Below, in pieces: positions 24,414-37,232 of a stretch of 64,000 nt of DNA. The DNA lies in the NCBI GenBank assembly GCA_002269645.1, contig NIVC01002236.1, positions 1-64,000 on the forward strand, in the 5' to 3' direction. Positions within the stretch are counted from its first letter, which is position 1; every line of letters begins with the position of its first letter. Source of the DNA: Macrostomum lignano (Eukaryota). A program made the position numbers and the translations under genes. Under the pieces are notes generated by a model. The model ran no database searches, was not told the origin of the DNA, and saw only the letters and a list, made by a program, of their open reading frames with translations.

Positions 24414-26082
24414 AGAGTATTCTAGGTGTACACTTGTTCTCATCTCTCTCTCTCCATCTCTCCCCCTCATTGCAACTCTCCGCCGGACTGTGCAATCAAC
24501 TGTTAATTTGTATACATTTTCTGACTTATCAACCCGTTTTTGTCTAAATTGCTAAATATAAGTATAAATAAGCAAATATACTCAGCATTGGGTCAGCAAC
24601 ATCGAAAAGTCGCCACCACGTAAGATTCCGTCTGGTCGCCAATTTTGAGAGTGCAGGTAGAGTCTCTTAATCTTGCGAGTGACGCAACTTAGCTACGCCA
24701 CGCGGCAGACTTGGGTTGAGGAATGAAGTGGGGGCCGAACGGTGTGCGAGGGTTGGACGGATTAAAGCTACCCCTCAGTTTTTTCGTACCTTTTATTTCA
24801 GAATAGTCCAAGAGAAATTGCTCACTGGTGAATTTTAAATGTTGCTGAGTATACATCGCAACTAAAATTTTAAGAGCCTGAGTCCTGGCGATGCCTGACG
24901 CGAGGCGAAACATGTCGCATAACAAAAAATGATAGCGCTCACGTTCTTAATTTTGCTTTTATAAAAAAAAACTGAAAAAGCTGTCAATTGGCATACATTG
25001 GGGTTATGGCTATACAAATTGAACGAATTCCAATTACATTTCTTTCATGGCTAAAAATTCCTTTCGCTGTTTTGTCTCTTTGACCACTCAGTATATTTGA
25101 TATCAGCTCGTACTTTGATAGTTTCTTAGGATTCGTTCTAGATGGAACGATTTCATTTGATTCAATGCCGTCTTGATTCGCTTTAAAATACTCGTTGGAT
25201 AAGGTAAAGGTAGTAAGCATCGCTTTATACGGGCGTACGAAACGTACTTATTACAAAAAATATTATAAATTAGCTACTCATCTTCTAGAATATCAATACA
25301 ATATGTCATAGCATGGCTATCTACTTTTCGACTAAGCTACTAGTACAATATTATAAAGGTTCTACTCATCTTCTAGAATAAATGGTATGTCATAGCATGG
25401 CTATCTACACTAAGCTACTAGTACAACTAAACTGTTTCGGTGAGGTTCGGATGAAAGATTAAATGGTGCAAAACAGATTTTGCTGGTACAACGCGGTCAA
25501 ATATGCCGTTCTATATAAAATTTAAAGTATCTACGAATATTGGGTTTGCCAGAGAGAAAAATAGACCATTGAATACGAATATCTGTTAGGGTTAGTAAAT
25601 ATAAAAGTATATACTCGGTGCCTACTGTTTATTATTTGTTGCGCATTGTGCAGAATGAGAATTAACTTGTGAATTGCTTCGTGAATTAAAGCCTTTTAAA
25701 ACACCCTGTAAAGCACAAAGCCAAAATGGATATTTTTATAACATTAAGCGATGTTAAATCCAAAAATTTTCCTTCGATTTGGGTGTAAAACCTTAAAGCT
25801 AATGATAAACAGCTGCTTACATGTGCATGTACATCCGCAACCTTCAGATAGGTTGGTTTACTAAGTGACTCTACAACGTGCAAAGTGTACGCTTACATCT
25901 CTTGCTGTTCTGTCTTTTTTAAACTATCGTTCTAAATAAATATGTATTTTCTTTCTGTGACATGTTTCACGTGACTCATCGCTGACACGTGCCAAAAATT
26001 TTTAAGCCTCAAATATCACTCGATGTTATAGAAAATCAATATTCTGTTGCTCAAAGTCACGCTGCACTGAACATAACCATCG

Positions 26083-27603
26083 TTAATTACCCTTGACACG
26101 CGGACGCTCCGATTCCCTGTTAGATGTGGACGCCGTCAAAGTGTCGAATGCGGTTTTTTTGAGCTTAGTGGCTGCAGTGGGTTCCATCTCCATTACAAGA
26201 ATGCTGTTAGCGGCTCCAACGCTGGCCTGCGGATTGCACCGACCGCCGAAAAGCAGGCGCAGCACTTTGACTAAAACGAATCGATATCCGGTGCGAAACT
26301 CCTTATTAGTGAGCCCGTAGACGATAAAGTTGACGCTCGAGTTGGTGTGCGCGAAAAGCACAGCGTAGGCGTGCACGTGGATCGGGAAGCTGTCGTTCCA
26401 GTCCAGAGCCACGATGGTCGCGTACGGAGCCCAGCAAAGAGCGAACACGGCGAACACGATGAACAGAGTTCTAGCAAGGCGGATCGAGTCAAGGCTGTTG
26501 CTGCCACCGCTCCCTCGGCCAGCCCCTTGCGCCGAGTCTCCGATCTGAAGTCGCCGTACCTGCGCCATTACCTGCTTGACGTGCACGAAGATGCGAAAGT
26601 AGCAGATGAGGATCACAATGCTGGGCGCAACTACAGCGCAGCACGAGAAGAAGATCGTGTAGGACCTGTCAGCCATGCGGTTCCACACGCAGGCAAAGTT
26701 CTTCCTGTCGTAGGCGAAGTCGCCCCAGCCCCAGTCGCCCCAGGAAACTGCAGCAGCCAGCTCACAATCCACAGACAGACGCAGAGCGCTACGCAGCTGC
26801 GCCGGTTGAAGAATCTGTTGTAGCTGGCGTTGTTGCAGATGAAGACGCAGCGGTTGACGGCTACAGCGGCGATGCTGAGCAGCGAGCAGTAGCAGGAGGT
26901 GAGGCAGGTCGACGCCACGAACTCGCACAGGGCGGGTCGCTGCTCAAAGTAGATCTCGCCGTGCAGCAACCCTTTAATACAAGTAGGGAGCATGTATTCT
27001 GACGTACATGTAACATAAAAGTTGCTTTGTTAACGATAGTAACTCCACTCTCACCAGTAATTGCCATGGGGTCGACAATAGTGGTGATGCACAGATCAGC
27101 GATAGCCAGATTCACAACGAACAGGTTGCCCACATGCCGCAGTGTCTGCAAGTGCAGCGCTAATTATTTGATTTGTCAGATTAAATTAAACAGTTCCAAG
27201 CTTGTTCATATTACTGCTGCGTCAAGATTTACTTGTATTGAAATATTTCTAAGTTTTTTTAGCAGGCTGTTTTATCTTTCTGAGCAATAATAAAACAGCG
27301 ATTGAATCACGAGCGTGTATTACACATAGAATTTTGTAATACCTTTAGCAGAAAGATGGCGCTGATGACCAATATGTTGCCCAGAGTTCCAATTGTGGAT
27401 CCAATAGACAGCAGTGCGAGTCCGGGATAAGTCAGCTCTGCAGTTTTTGTTGAGAAAGGGGTACAGTTGAACTACGAGCGTATAAGGTGATAGTTGTATA
27501 GGTGACCTGTAAAGAGTTTATTGTCTAAAAATTTACCTGGCAAAATATGCAACAGACTCTGCATTGTGTAGTTGAAGCTTGGCGCCATTCCTGCAATGTC
27601 CAT
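26083..27603 (-). pseudogene. Melatonin-receptor-like GPCR, paralogue B, frameshifted in ECL2; exons 27603-27537, 27437-27343, 27145-27055, 26971-26083
   Basis: Same 67/95/91-nt exon sizes as A and C. 11 nt present in A/C are replaced by 13 nt (a local copy of AGTCGCCCCAG) at 26731-26743, a +2 shift with an early stop near 26631. Confidence 0.85.
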
Positions 27604-27922
27604 TTTTGATAATTTATTCTTTAATAAAAAGCTCTGGGTAAGGAAGTTGACTTGCTTTCGCTGAACAGGTTATCTGCTTTGCTGAACTTGAGACAAAGAA
27701 ACTGATGGCTTGTATTTATACTCATCTGGATCATCTTTGCAGTAATTAACTGGGTGTTGCGCCAGCCACCTTTGATTGGCAGCCTACTGAAAGTTGGCTT
27801 TTAATCAGTGCGTCGATGCATGGCAAAAAGAGCAATTGCCATTTTTACCTGGCTGTTCTTGCCCTCATTATTCCATAATTAATGCTGTGGATGAGACAGG
27901 CGTCAGTCTAGTGGCTCTGACT

Positions 27923-30900
27923 GCCTTACTTTACTTAGCTGCAGGGGGCTACGTGCGTCAGGAAACAGCGAGGAGGCGTTGCCGCCCATTTTGCTAACCC
28001 CTGGCGACCACGGGCAGCTAGTGCTGCGGTGTCGCGCAGGGAGTTCTGGTGGTGCCGGTGTCCGCAGCGCGCTCCCCTCCGGAGAGTCCAGGAGGTGGAT
28101 GGTCGATCGCCCGGTAGCCCTTAGGTAGCGGACGAGCTGGCAGAGATTCTCGGACCTCGGTTTGGGCCGAGGTAGGTGAGCCTGACCTGAGTAAAGGCGG
28201 GGCATTCACAGATGATGCTCCGCATTCTTGACACCGGAGAGGCAGAAAGGGAATTTCTCGCTGCGGATTCTTCCCTGAAGGTGGTGATGCCTGGCAAAAC
28301 AGCCATGACCCGAGAGGGCCATTGTCACCGCCTTGATGTCCCTGCTGCGCAGGGCGGAGGAAGACAAGGGACAGCCGCGCGGGATTGCCGGAAGTCAGGG
28401 GATTTTTCCACCTCTCCCTGTGCTTTGAAGCCAACCCACTGGTTGACCCGAGTGGTGACAACGGCGGTGGGGGTCGGGGCCACGGGCAGTGGACCAGTAA
28501 AAGAACCGGTCGAGCCAGCCTTGGCCAGGCGATCGGCCAACTCGGGCCAACCAGGGGTGGCCCGAGTGCCCACCTTAGTGACCACCGAGGGATCCACCTT
28601 AGGGACACCTTGCTGAAGGCGCCTAAGCGGTTGAGCTGCCCGATGCAGTCAAGGACTGTACGCGAGCAGGTGGTGGTGCGCTCAAGGGCGTGAATCGCCG
28701 CTTGACTGTCCGAGTGGAGGGTAATCTCCTTCTCCCAGACCCGCTGATTATACAGCTCCATGGCGCAGGAGCTGATGGCGAGAACTTGCGAGCCGAGAAC
28801 TGGCGAGCTCCATGGGGAAGGTGCCGGTGTGCAGGGAGAAGGTCGCCACAGCTCTCCCTCCAGATACGATGCAGTAGCCGTAACCAGAGGCGGAGTTGAT
28901 TTGGGACCCGTCAGTGAAGCAGTGGATTTCACGGGATTTCCAGTTGTCCCTTGCTTCATGGCGTGGTGGAATGCTGGTTTTGAATTTGAGCGGAGGGCAG
29001 GGCGTGGACGGGATCCCGTTCAAGAGGGTCAGCAGGTCTCCCGCTGCTTCCAGGTCTCGCAGGCTAAGGTCGCTGAGGTCGTCGTGCGGCCGGAGGTTCC
29101 GCTTTCTGAAGGCGAACTGCTTCTGGATTAGGACACCCTGACGCGGGTGGTCTTCATTGCCTCCCCTTGAAGAGGTCAAGGGGGGAATGTCCAGGAAGGA
29201 GTTCATGCCAGCGAAGGGCGTTGAGGGAGCCGCGCTCATGATAGCTCGACAAGCGCGGCCTTGCACCCTATTTAGAGCCTCAAGAACCCCTTTCACCTCT
29301 AGGGCACTGTTCTAAATGAAGCCGGCGAAGGAGATGGCCGGTCTAACAATGTCAGTCTAGATCCACCAGAGGCGACGGGGATGAGGCCCCAGGTAGCGCC
29401 GAAAGCTCTGCGGATCTGTGCGAGAGTCGCGAGAGCTTTGCGGGCTTTGGTTTGGACGTGCGGGGTCCGACTCAACCTGTGGTCGAGGGTGACGCCCAGA
29501 CATCTGGTTTGTTTCTCCATGGCAACGGGTTTGCCATAGAGGGAGAGCGGTTAGATCCTCCAGTTTCGGCGGCTCGTGAACTGCCTCAAGTGAGGTGAGC
29601 AGCCTCAAGCAGAAAGTGAGCAGAATCTGAGGCCACAGCCGTGTGCCCAGCGTTCGGCACAGTGGATGAAGGCTTTAAGGAGGTCCCTGAGGACCACGAG
29701 TGATAGTCCAGCCACAGTGGCGGTAACATCGTTCGCATAGCCGACCTTCTGAACTGGATCCGGATGCGGGCTACAAAGCAGCGCGTCCATGACTAAATTC
29801 CAGAGAATCGGGCTGAGGACTCCACCTTGCGGTCCGCCTTTCTGGACCTCTGAGCAGGAGTGTCCCAGGAGGTGCGAGGTGGCAGTACGATGGGAGACCA
29901 TGTACATGTTCCAGCGGGTAAGGTGCTCGTGCGTGCCCCGGGATTCCAGGGCCCGCCTAAAGGCTTCAAAGAGCACATTATTGAAAGCACCATCAATGTC
30001 GAGGAAAAGCGACAGCTTGTATCCACTGCCAAGCACGGCGCGCTCCAGCTTGTCGATACTGGCGTGCAGCGCACTTTCGATGGAGCGTCCAGGACGAAAG
30101 GCGTGCTGAATGGGGGAGAGCGGGAGTTCCTCAGCTCCACGAGGAGGAGGCGCCAGAGCAACAGCTGTTCCATCAGTTTGAGGAAGAAAGACGTCAGATT
30201 GATGGGGCGGTAAGCTTTGGTAGAATGATAGTCTCCCTTCCCTGGTTTGGGTATGAAGACCACCGTGGCCTCTTGCCAGGCTTTTGGCACGTACCCGAGG
30301 GTAATGCTGCCCTAAAAAGGGGTTGCAGAGAGACCAAGAAACCCGTCATTTTTCACTACCTCATGGAGGAAGGCAGGATAAATGTTGTCAGGTCCCGGTG
30401 ACTTAAAAGGAGAGAAGGATTTAGCGGCGCGAGCCGTCCTCTCTCTAGAAATGATGATTGAAACCAGGATCTGTCCACCCGGAGAGTGGTCCGGTGGGCC
30501 TAGCTGCGGTGCGGCACATGGGAAAGAGCTGGTGAGCATGATGTCCAGCGATTCCTTGGGGTTCTCAGCGAGCCGGCCATTCGGTCTTTTAAAATGACTG
30601 AGAGCTTTGAACTTTTGTCAAGGGTGAGAGCCTTAACCACGCGTGAAGTACGGCGGGTGCCTTCTAACTCCGCGCAGTATTGGCGTCAGAGCTTTCTGTT
30701 GGAGGCAATTTGCCTTGCGCCGGAGAGATCCAAGTGCTGGGTGCCACCAAGGGGCGGATTTTTTTCCTTTGTAGGCTTTAAGAGGACAGTAAGCCTCATG
30801 AGCTGTCAGAACGGTTTTGCTGAGCAAGTCAGCAAGATCATCCACTTCCTGACAGGTGGTTGGAGCGGCGGTGGTCAGCTGATCAATCTGGCATTTAAGG

Positions 30901-33472
30901 GTTTGCGCGAAAGCCGTCCAGTCAGTCTTCCGAACGTTCCTTTTCCACAGGATGTTAGGTTTGGGGCAAGAGGATTGCATTCGAAAGCGAACAAAGCGAT
31001 GGTCAGACAGAGACTCCTCTTCGTCCCACACCTCCCAGTCCTTGACCAGAGGAGCCAGGTCGTGGGAGACGAGGGTCACGTCGAGGGCCTCCGTCCATCG
31101 TCCGTTGTCGAAGGTGGGAGTTCCACCTATATTGCAAAACTCAGTATTGGTGGTGCAATGCTTCCTTTTGAGAAGACGCACGAGTCGGCGGCACCCGGAG
31201 AAGCGGCTCTCCGTTCTCGGCTACGCGGACGACCTCGCGCTACTTTCATCGACGGCTGAAGGAGCCCAGCGGCTGCTTGATGGCCTGACGGCGGCAGCGT
31301 CGCGGGTCGGCCTTAAGCTGAACGCGCGGAAGACGGTAGTGTTCACGGTGCCTCCGACTTGCCGGCCGAGATCAATTACCGAGACGCTGCCGGGAATGCA
31401 TTTATGCTTACCCGCTGCGAGCGCTTTGTGTACCTCGGCGGTTCCGTGCCGGGCGTTGCCGACGACCTGAAGAGACGACGAGGACTGGCCTGGGCCGCAT
31501 TTTGATCTGTGCGCTCCGTGCTCCAATCTGAGGCCCTGGACGACGGGCTCAAGGCTCGGCTGTTTCAGGCAGTCGTCGAGACTGTCCTGTTGTACAACGC
31601 CGAGACTTGGACCCTGACGGACGCCTTGGAGAGGCAGCTGGACGCTGCGCATGCGGCAATGCTGCGTGCGGCTTTCGGAGTGCGCAGCGGCCCAGGCAGC
31701 GAGACCAACTCTGCGCTCTACACTAGGGCGCGCCTGACGCGGCCTTCTGACCTGCTGCGCGGGCGGCGACTTCGACTGGCTGGCCACGTCATCCGGTCGG
31801 AGGCCCGCTGTCCTGAGCCGCTACACGACGTGCTGCTGCTCAAGCTGCAGGGACCGCGGAGGCGAGGCCAAGGGCGAACGGTGCGATACCCTGACCGACT
31901 TCTGAGTGACGCTGGCGCCCCGGACCAAGCAGGGGGATGCGACTTCCTGAGGGCAATGTCCCAGAGACGCGCTTTCTGACTGCTCCCCCCTTTCTGGCTA
32001 CTGCGTGGCCGGCGGGAGCAGTACCTTGTTGTTGTTGTGGTGCAGATGTAAGAGGAGTTCCTCGCCTCTGCTGTTTGAGGCGTTACTGCCCCAGGTGTGG
32101 TGCGCGTTAATGTCGCCCGCCACCAGCAGCTCGAACCTGCGGTCAGAGCAATAATCCACGAGGGAGGTGAGGTTAGGCGGAACCGCGGGACCGTCGCCAG
32201 GAATGTAAATCGAGGCGATAATGATCGTGTGGTAGGCGATGATGTGACTGGATTGAATGACACAGAGGTCTCTGACAGAGAGGTCCGGTCTGTGCCAAGC
32301 TTTGAGGTGGGTAGATACTATAATGGCTGCTCTGGGATTTTGGGGGTCCTGAAAACAGTCAAAACCAGCAGGAATATTTGGAATCTTACCTTTATTCACC
32401 CAGGGCTCCTGAAGTAGGATGATGCCCGGTTTTGCGAAGTTGGCCAACTGCATCAGGTTGGTCGAGGCCGCGATGCAGTGGTGCAGGTTCAGCTGCGGGA
32501 TGTCCACTCCCGGAATTCCACGGGTGGTCCGTGCAGCTTCCTGCTTGCTCAGGGCGAGTTGTGCAGGAGAGCTGCCTCTTCCACCTCGCCGATAGCTCTA
32601 GGCTCCAGTTCCATGGGCTCCTCCTGGATAGTTTCCATGGTCGAGGGCGGGGCTGCCACAGGGGTGGCATTCGCACTCTCGGCCCGTTTTTCCGGGGGGG
32701 GGGCGCAGTGGTGATACTGTTGGGGGTTGCTGCGGTTTTGAGCCTTGGCGGTGTCCAGCAGCTGTTTCGGCGCTGAGTCAGACCAGAGCGGATAGTGTTC
32801 CGGGCGGGTTTCCGGTCCTTTCCAAGTCCGTCTGTTGTTGCAGCTTTCGCGGCTTTCCTCTTAACGGGGTCCTCGGCCTTGGAGGGGTCGTGGCGCACAG
32901 GCTCCTTTTCCAGAGCGCTTTGGCCCGGCAGAGCTCCCGCTTGCCCGCTTACGCTTCTCCGCGAGCGGTGGACGGGTGGTGTCAGATTCAAAACTAAAGA
33001 TTTTGATCCACATCAGCCCGGCAGAAATAAGGGAAATGTCCGGATAGCGGAGCATCCAGCTATCTGACAGTCGGAGGATTGTCGTGAAACTGTCTCCGCC
33101 CGGCTTGGAGGTAGTTTCATGAACCACGACGCCATTTGCCGGCAGTGCCGGATTGGTTGCCAGCAGCAGGCGGCGCAGCTCGTCGGCGTTGGTGATGGCG
33201 CTGCGAGCCGGAATCCAGGCACGGTGCCGGTGTGTCCGGGGTCGCTCGTCCTCCCTGTATATCAACAGGTTTCCCAGCTCCGCACCCCAGTCGAAGGCTT
33301 TCAGCGTCTCAAGGAGCTGCTGCCCAGACTGGCTGTCGGCGGGCTGGATGTGGAGGGCCTGGTCCTTGACATTCGTCTTCAGAACTTGAATGCTCTGGCT
33401 GCAGTGCGCTGTCGAATGCCAAACAAATTTATTACAGGCCTGCTGTCCAAATTGAACGTAGCTAATTTGCAA
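27923..33472 (-). mobile_element. Non-LTR retrotransposon, R1/LOA-like (ORF1, APE, RT, RNase H), inactivated and 5'-truncated
   Basis: APE start QLNLHH..AAS and ILLQEPW, GDINAH, SDHR; RT FIPKPGK, YRPINLTSF, LDIDGAF, QGGVLSPILWN, GYAND; RNase H CFTDGS; (AAGT)-like 3' tail near 27923-27936. Many frameshifts. Confidence 0.92.
31158..32036 (+). mobile_element. 5'-truncated RTE/RTEX-like LINE inserted antisense into the APE domain of the host LINE
   Basis: RT C-terminus (GYADDLALL, GLKLNARKT, FVYLG, LFQAVVETVLLYNAETWTL), stop at 31977-31979, (TTG)n tail, 8-bp TSD GTGGTGCA at 31150-31157 and 32037-32044. One frameshift and one internal TGA. Confidence 0.88.
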
Positions 33473-33914
33473 TCGATTTTTATGTGTTGAATTTATATCT
33501 TCAGATTTAGTTTCTTGTAAGAACTACTGATGGATAACTTCTTCTATTTAACGCAGTTTTACGACAAGCAAGAAAGATAAGAGTGTAGACATAGATAAAA
33601 GACAAAATTACTGACGGCAAAACATAATTCGTGCACGAGACAAGTTTTTCGCATTTTCTCGACATATTTCTTAGAAAAAAGAAATTGGTCCAATTCCCAT
33701 AAAATTAAATTGACAAAACGAGCTCCATGCAGTGTTGGTACCAGCAACTACTTCTATGTTGAAATTAAGTCAAATAAATCCAGTGAATTCGTGTAGATCT
33801 TACAGATTGTACTCTGACAACAGATTTGTCGTTGAAAAATGCGACTAAGCTTCCAGAATTGAAGTGGTCACTTTTCATTGTCAAGGTTGGAAAAATAGGC
33901 TTTTTAATGGTATC

Positions 33915-34135
33915 GCGTCTGGGGCGCCAGGTGCGCACTGTGCATAGTACACATGACTTTCTAATCGTGAGGCATGTGCACTCTCTGAGCCTTGGGAGGG
34001 TTGGCCCTGATGGCTTTGAGTCGCGCTACAACCCCGGACCCTCGAATTACTGTGGCCGCACATGGAATCGAACCATTGCTTAACCCTTGCATGTATATGA
34101 GGATTCGCCAGCAGTTCAGTGCTTCCGATGGCTAA
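33915..34135 (-). mobile_element. Diverged tRNA-SINE related to family 2
   Basis: The reverse complement has B-box GGTTCGATTCC followed by TCAAAGCCATCAGGGCCAACCCTCCCAAGGCTCAGAGAGTG, alignable to the 34950 copy. Confidence 0.5.
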
Positions 34136-34649
34136 TGTATAATATTTAATCATCTGCCAACGCAATTCATATTATTTTAGGATTCCTAAAAAGCACGAGT
34201 GTGCCCTAAAATAGAAGCAATCAAGCACTAGCATGTGCTGTGTGCTAAAAAAAGTACTTAAAGTTATTTTCCATAAATCCTCCTCAAAAGCTTTTGCCCA
34301 ATCATCAGATTGGAGTGTATATTGAGCCTTCAGGTGCTTCTCGGTCTAATGAGATTGCCCAATGCATGCATTCTATATTCAAGAGCCTTCTCGAGAGCAC
34401 TGGATTTGTCACTGGTCCACGAACCCCTGGTCGCAGGTGCAATTGCGTTAAAACAAGATAGCACTCAACTTCTGGTCGACTGGTTCTTTCAGATTTTTTC
34501 ATTGATTTTGCCTTGGCTTTTCGGCCGGAATATTTTACATGTGCAGCTGCAAATGTACATATGTGCAGCTGCTGCAAGTTTTTAACAAAAGTATATGGAA
34601 GAATAAACATGTGCTAAAATTTTTACATTTTTTAAATTTTTAAAATTTC

Positions 34650-34760
34650 TACCAAGGAGACAGGGCGTCTACCAAGGAGACAGAGCGTCTACCAAGGAGA
34701 CAGGGGCGTCTACCAAGGAGACAGGGGCGTCTACCAAAGAGACGGGCACCCACCTAAAGG
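34650..34760. repeat. Short tandem array (CTACCAAGGAGACAGGG(G)CGT), inverted relative of the 3700 repeat
   Basis: Direct inspection and flank similarity. Confidence 0.7.
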
Positions 34761-34949
34761 ACACCAAATATTGGCGCTCTTTAGGTGGCAGCCCCGCCAA
34801 CAACTAAAATTCCTGCGTACTTCACTTGACGGACTTGCACATCTGTTGAACTAATGTCCGATGTTGTTCTGATTCAGAGAGGACTTTAAAATGTTGCATT
34901 GTTTTCACAGGCAAGATTTATTACTGAAACACAGCCTCAAGTATAGCTC

Positions 34950-35160
34950 GACCGTAGCCCAGTGGTATAGTGCGGCGCTCTATTGTGCCAGCGGCCCAGG
35001 CTCGATTCCAAGTGCAGTCGCATTCATTTGGGTCTACATGTAAATTGGAATCTCGGCTTGGCTCTGCTCGTGCAATCAACGCCCTTGAGGACCAACCTTT
35101 TAGGCACAGTGAAGTGTATCTGATACATGTCTAACAATAAAGTTAGGGCTGCTGTACACT

Positions 35161-35207
<47 letters not shown>

Positions 35208-35360
35208 CTCTGCACACAACTGCGTATACATCGTTGCACTTGTGTGCCTGCTCAGTGGAATCGGCGGAATGGACAGAATGCCTCCAGCCGGTTGTGATAC
35301 AATCCCGTTTAAAGTTCGCCAGGGTGCACACAGCCTACCAGAATTGCTATTGTACTGAAC
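34950..35360 (+). mobile_element. tRNA-derived SINE family 2, copy with an internal (TG)n microsatellite (35163-35206)
   Basis: A-box TAGCCCAGTGGTA, B-box-like GGCTCGATTCC. The body aligns along its length with the inverted copy at 43700-44062. Confidence 0.8.
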
Positions 35361-36766
35361 AGTCAACAAAAAGACACCGAAACGAACGCTAAACCTTACA
35401 ATCAAAAGCAATTCAGGATCTCGGGAATAGTCTTAGATCCATCCCCATGCATGCGATAACCACCTGTCTTTCAAGCTGATCAGGTTTGCACTGAGCATTC
35501 TACTGTATTTACTACTACCAGTAGCCAAATTCTGCTTCCTGATTCGGATTTCAGAGAAAATTCACGCCACTTTCACCGGCTATAAAAAAATCGGTAAGAT
35601 CTTGAACGCTCTATAATCTAACGTAGCAGTAGTCATGTTGCAATCGCGAATACAGTTAGTTATCGTTTGGGTTCACTAACACTACAACAAACCCCAATAA
35701 GCAACTCTCAACCTAAAACTACGCGCATATTTAGCGCGTTCAGATTCACTCAGGCGAATTGGTATTTGCATGTCATAGGCGCACTATGTAGGGGAATTGA
35801 TGGGTTTGGCCTTTCAGGGGGCTCAGAGTGCAGAAAATTATCACTGAGCGCGATCTGACCTTCTCCGAAGTCCGCCGAAGCATCTGTCCGATGGTCAGCC
35901 GCCGTCGAAGGTGTGACAACTAGCAGCTAGGTCATATGGCTATAAGAAGACAGTCAGAGACAAGAAGGAAAAGGTAGGGGATGGGGATCAGCTAATCCTG
36001 AGATTAGTCTGACCCATAGCCACCAATCCGTGAGAACTGGCTCACAAAACCAGCTTCTTCAAAAACTGGTTTCCGACTAGAAGGGGGCACTGAACTTACC
36101 TCACTGGACTTACCTCCGCTGGGAATGAATCGCATTGACCATGCAGGGACAGGGAGGAATTTTGCAGGGGACTCTCTTGCACTGGCGAGTTTCTATACAA
36201 CGCTGAATGCACTATGAGATGATTGAACTCCCAGAAAGTACACGTACATGTTCGAGTTATGTTGTACATTTTCACGATTTTGGCTTTAAATGGTCAGCGA
36301 TCGTCGACAAATAGCGCTAACGGAGAACTACATTTATCAGAGCCTTCAAGAGACTTCTAATCAAATCACCCTAGCGCTGTTATTCATTCTGCCCCTTGGC
36401 TGCTTATGACTGCACAAATGATGGACACGCCTCGCAAATATTGCATTTTTACATAATTTCCTATATTGCTTTTGGTTCACAGTGACTTTCACCAAAATAA
36501 ATTAGCTAATCGTTTTGGCTATGTGAAAAGAAAGAAAGCCCACTAATGTCACACTCAGTTCAGACTGAGTTCGAGCGAATAGATGCATATAGCTCGTAAT
36601 TGTTCTATTGGATTCCAGCCTCTCGAATTCAGCTCATGAAGCGAATTGGTAAGCTACAAATTCTACGAGCTGTATAGCAAACTATTGAAGAAGTGGTGCA
36701 GTACTAAAGGTTTCTGACCGGTAAAACAGGTCTAGAAGAGCTCTCACAAAAGCGATAAAAATACTC

Positions 36767-37232
36767 TGTCAGTCACCGACCGAATCCGGTGCGCCAGCGT
36801 CAGTCAGTCGGCCAGTCGATGAACCGCCGAGTGCTCGCTTGTCCTTGCCGGTAGGGCAGCCTGTGGCGTCAGCAGCAGCACCTCCTGCGGGTGGCACGAG
36901 ACCAGCGTCCACGTCACGCCCCTGGACACCCCGCCAATGTGGCAGGAGCTCCGTGCGTCCCTGCCATCGACGGGAGACGAATTGGTCTCGCCTCCGGGTA
37001 TGCAGCCTGGGGGAGCTGTCCCCCACCGTTGGGTTGGCGGTGGATGGCGGTTTTTACAGCGTAAGTTGGTCTGGGGAGGAGCCCTGCGCACCAGGACTCG
37101 GGTCCCCACGCTCTCTGGCCACCCGCCGCAGGCCGCAAATTGGATTCCGCCGTTAACTACCCGCCCGCGCAGAGTCAGCGCCCCGGCTGCATGGTGCTAC
37201 GCACCCGGTCGCATTAGCTACGTCTAGCTACA
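36767..37232 (+). mobile_element. Possible LTR (TG...CA) followed by a degenerate PBS-like GTGACCCG
   Basis: GC-rich block starting TGTCAG and ending CTACA. No second LTR or TSD seen. Confidence 0.3.

Noticed and set aside
25274-25426. Local duplication of about 75-85 bp
   Set aside because: Real, but a simple tandem duplication in intergenic AT-rich DNA with no functional cue.
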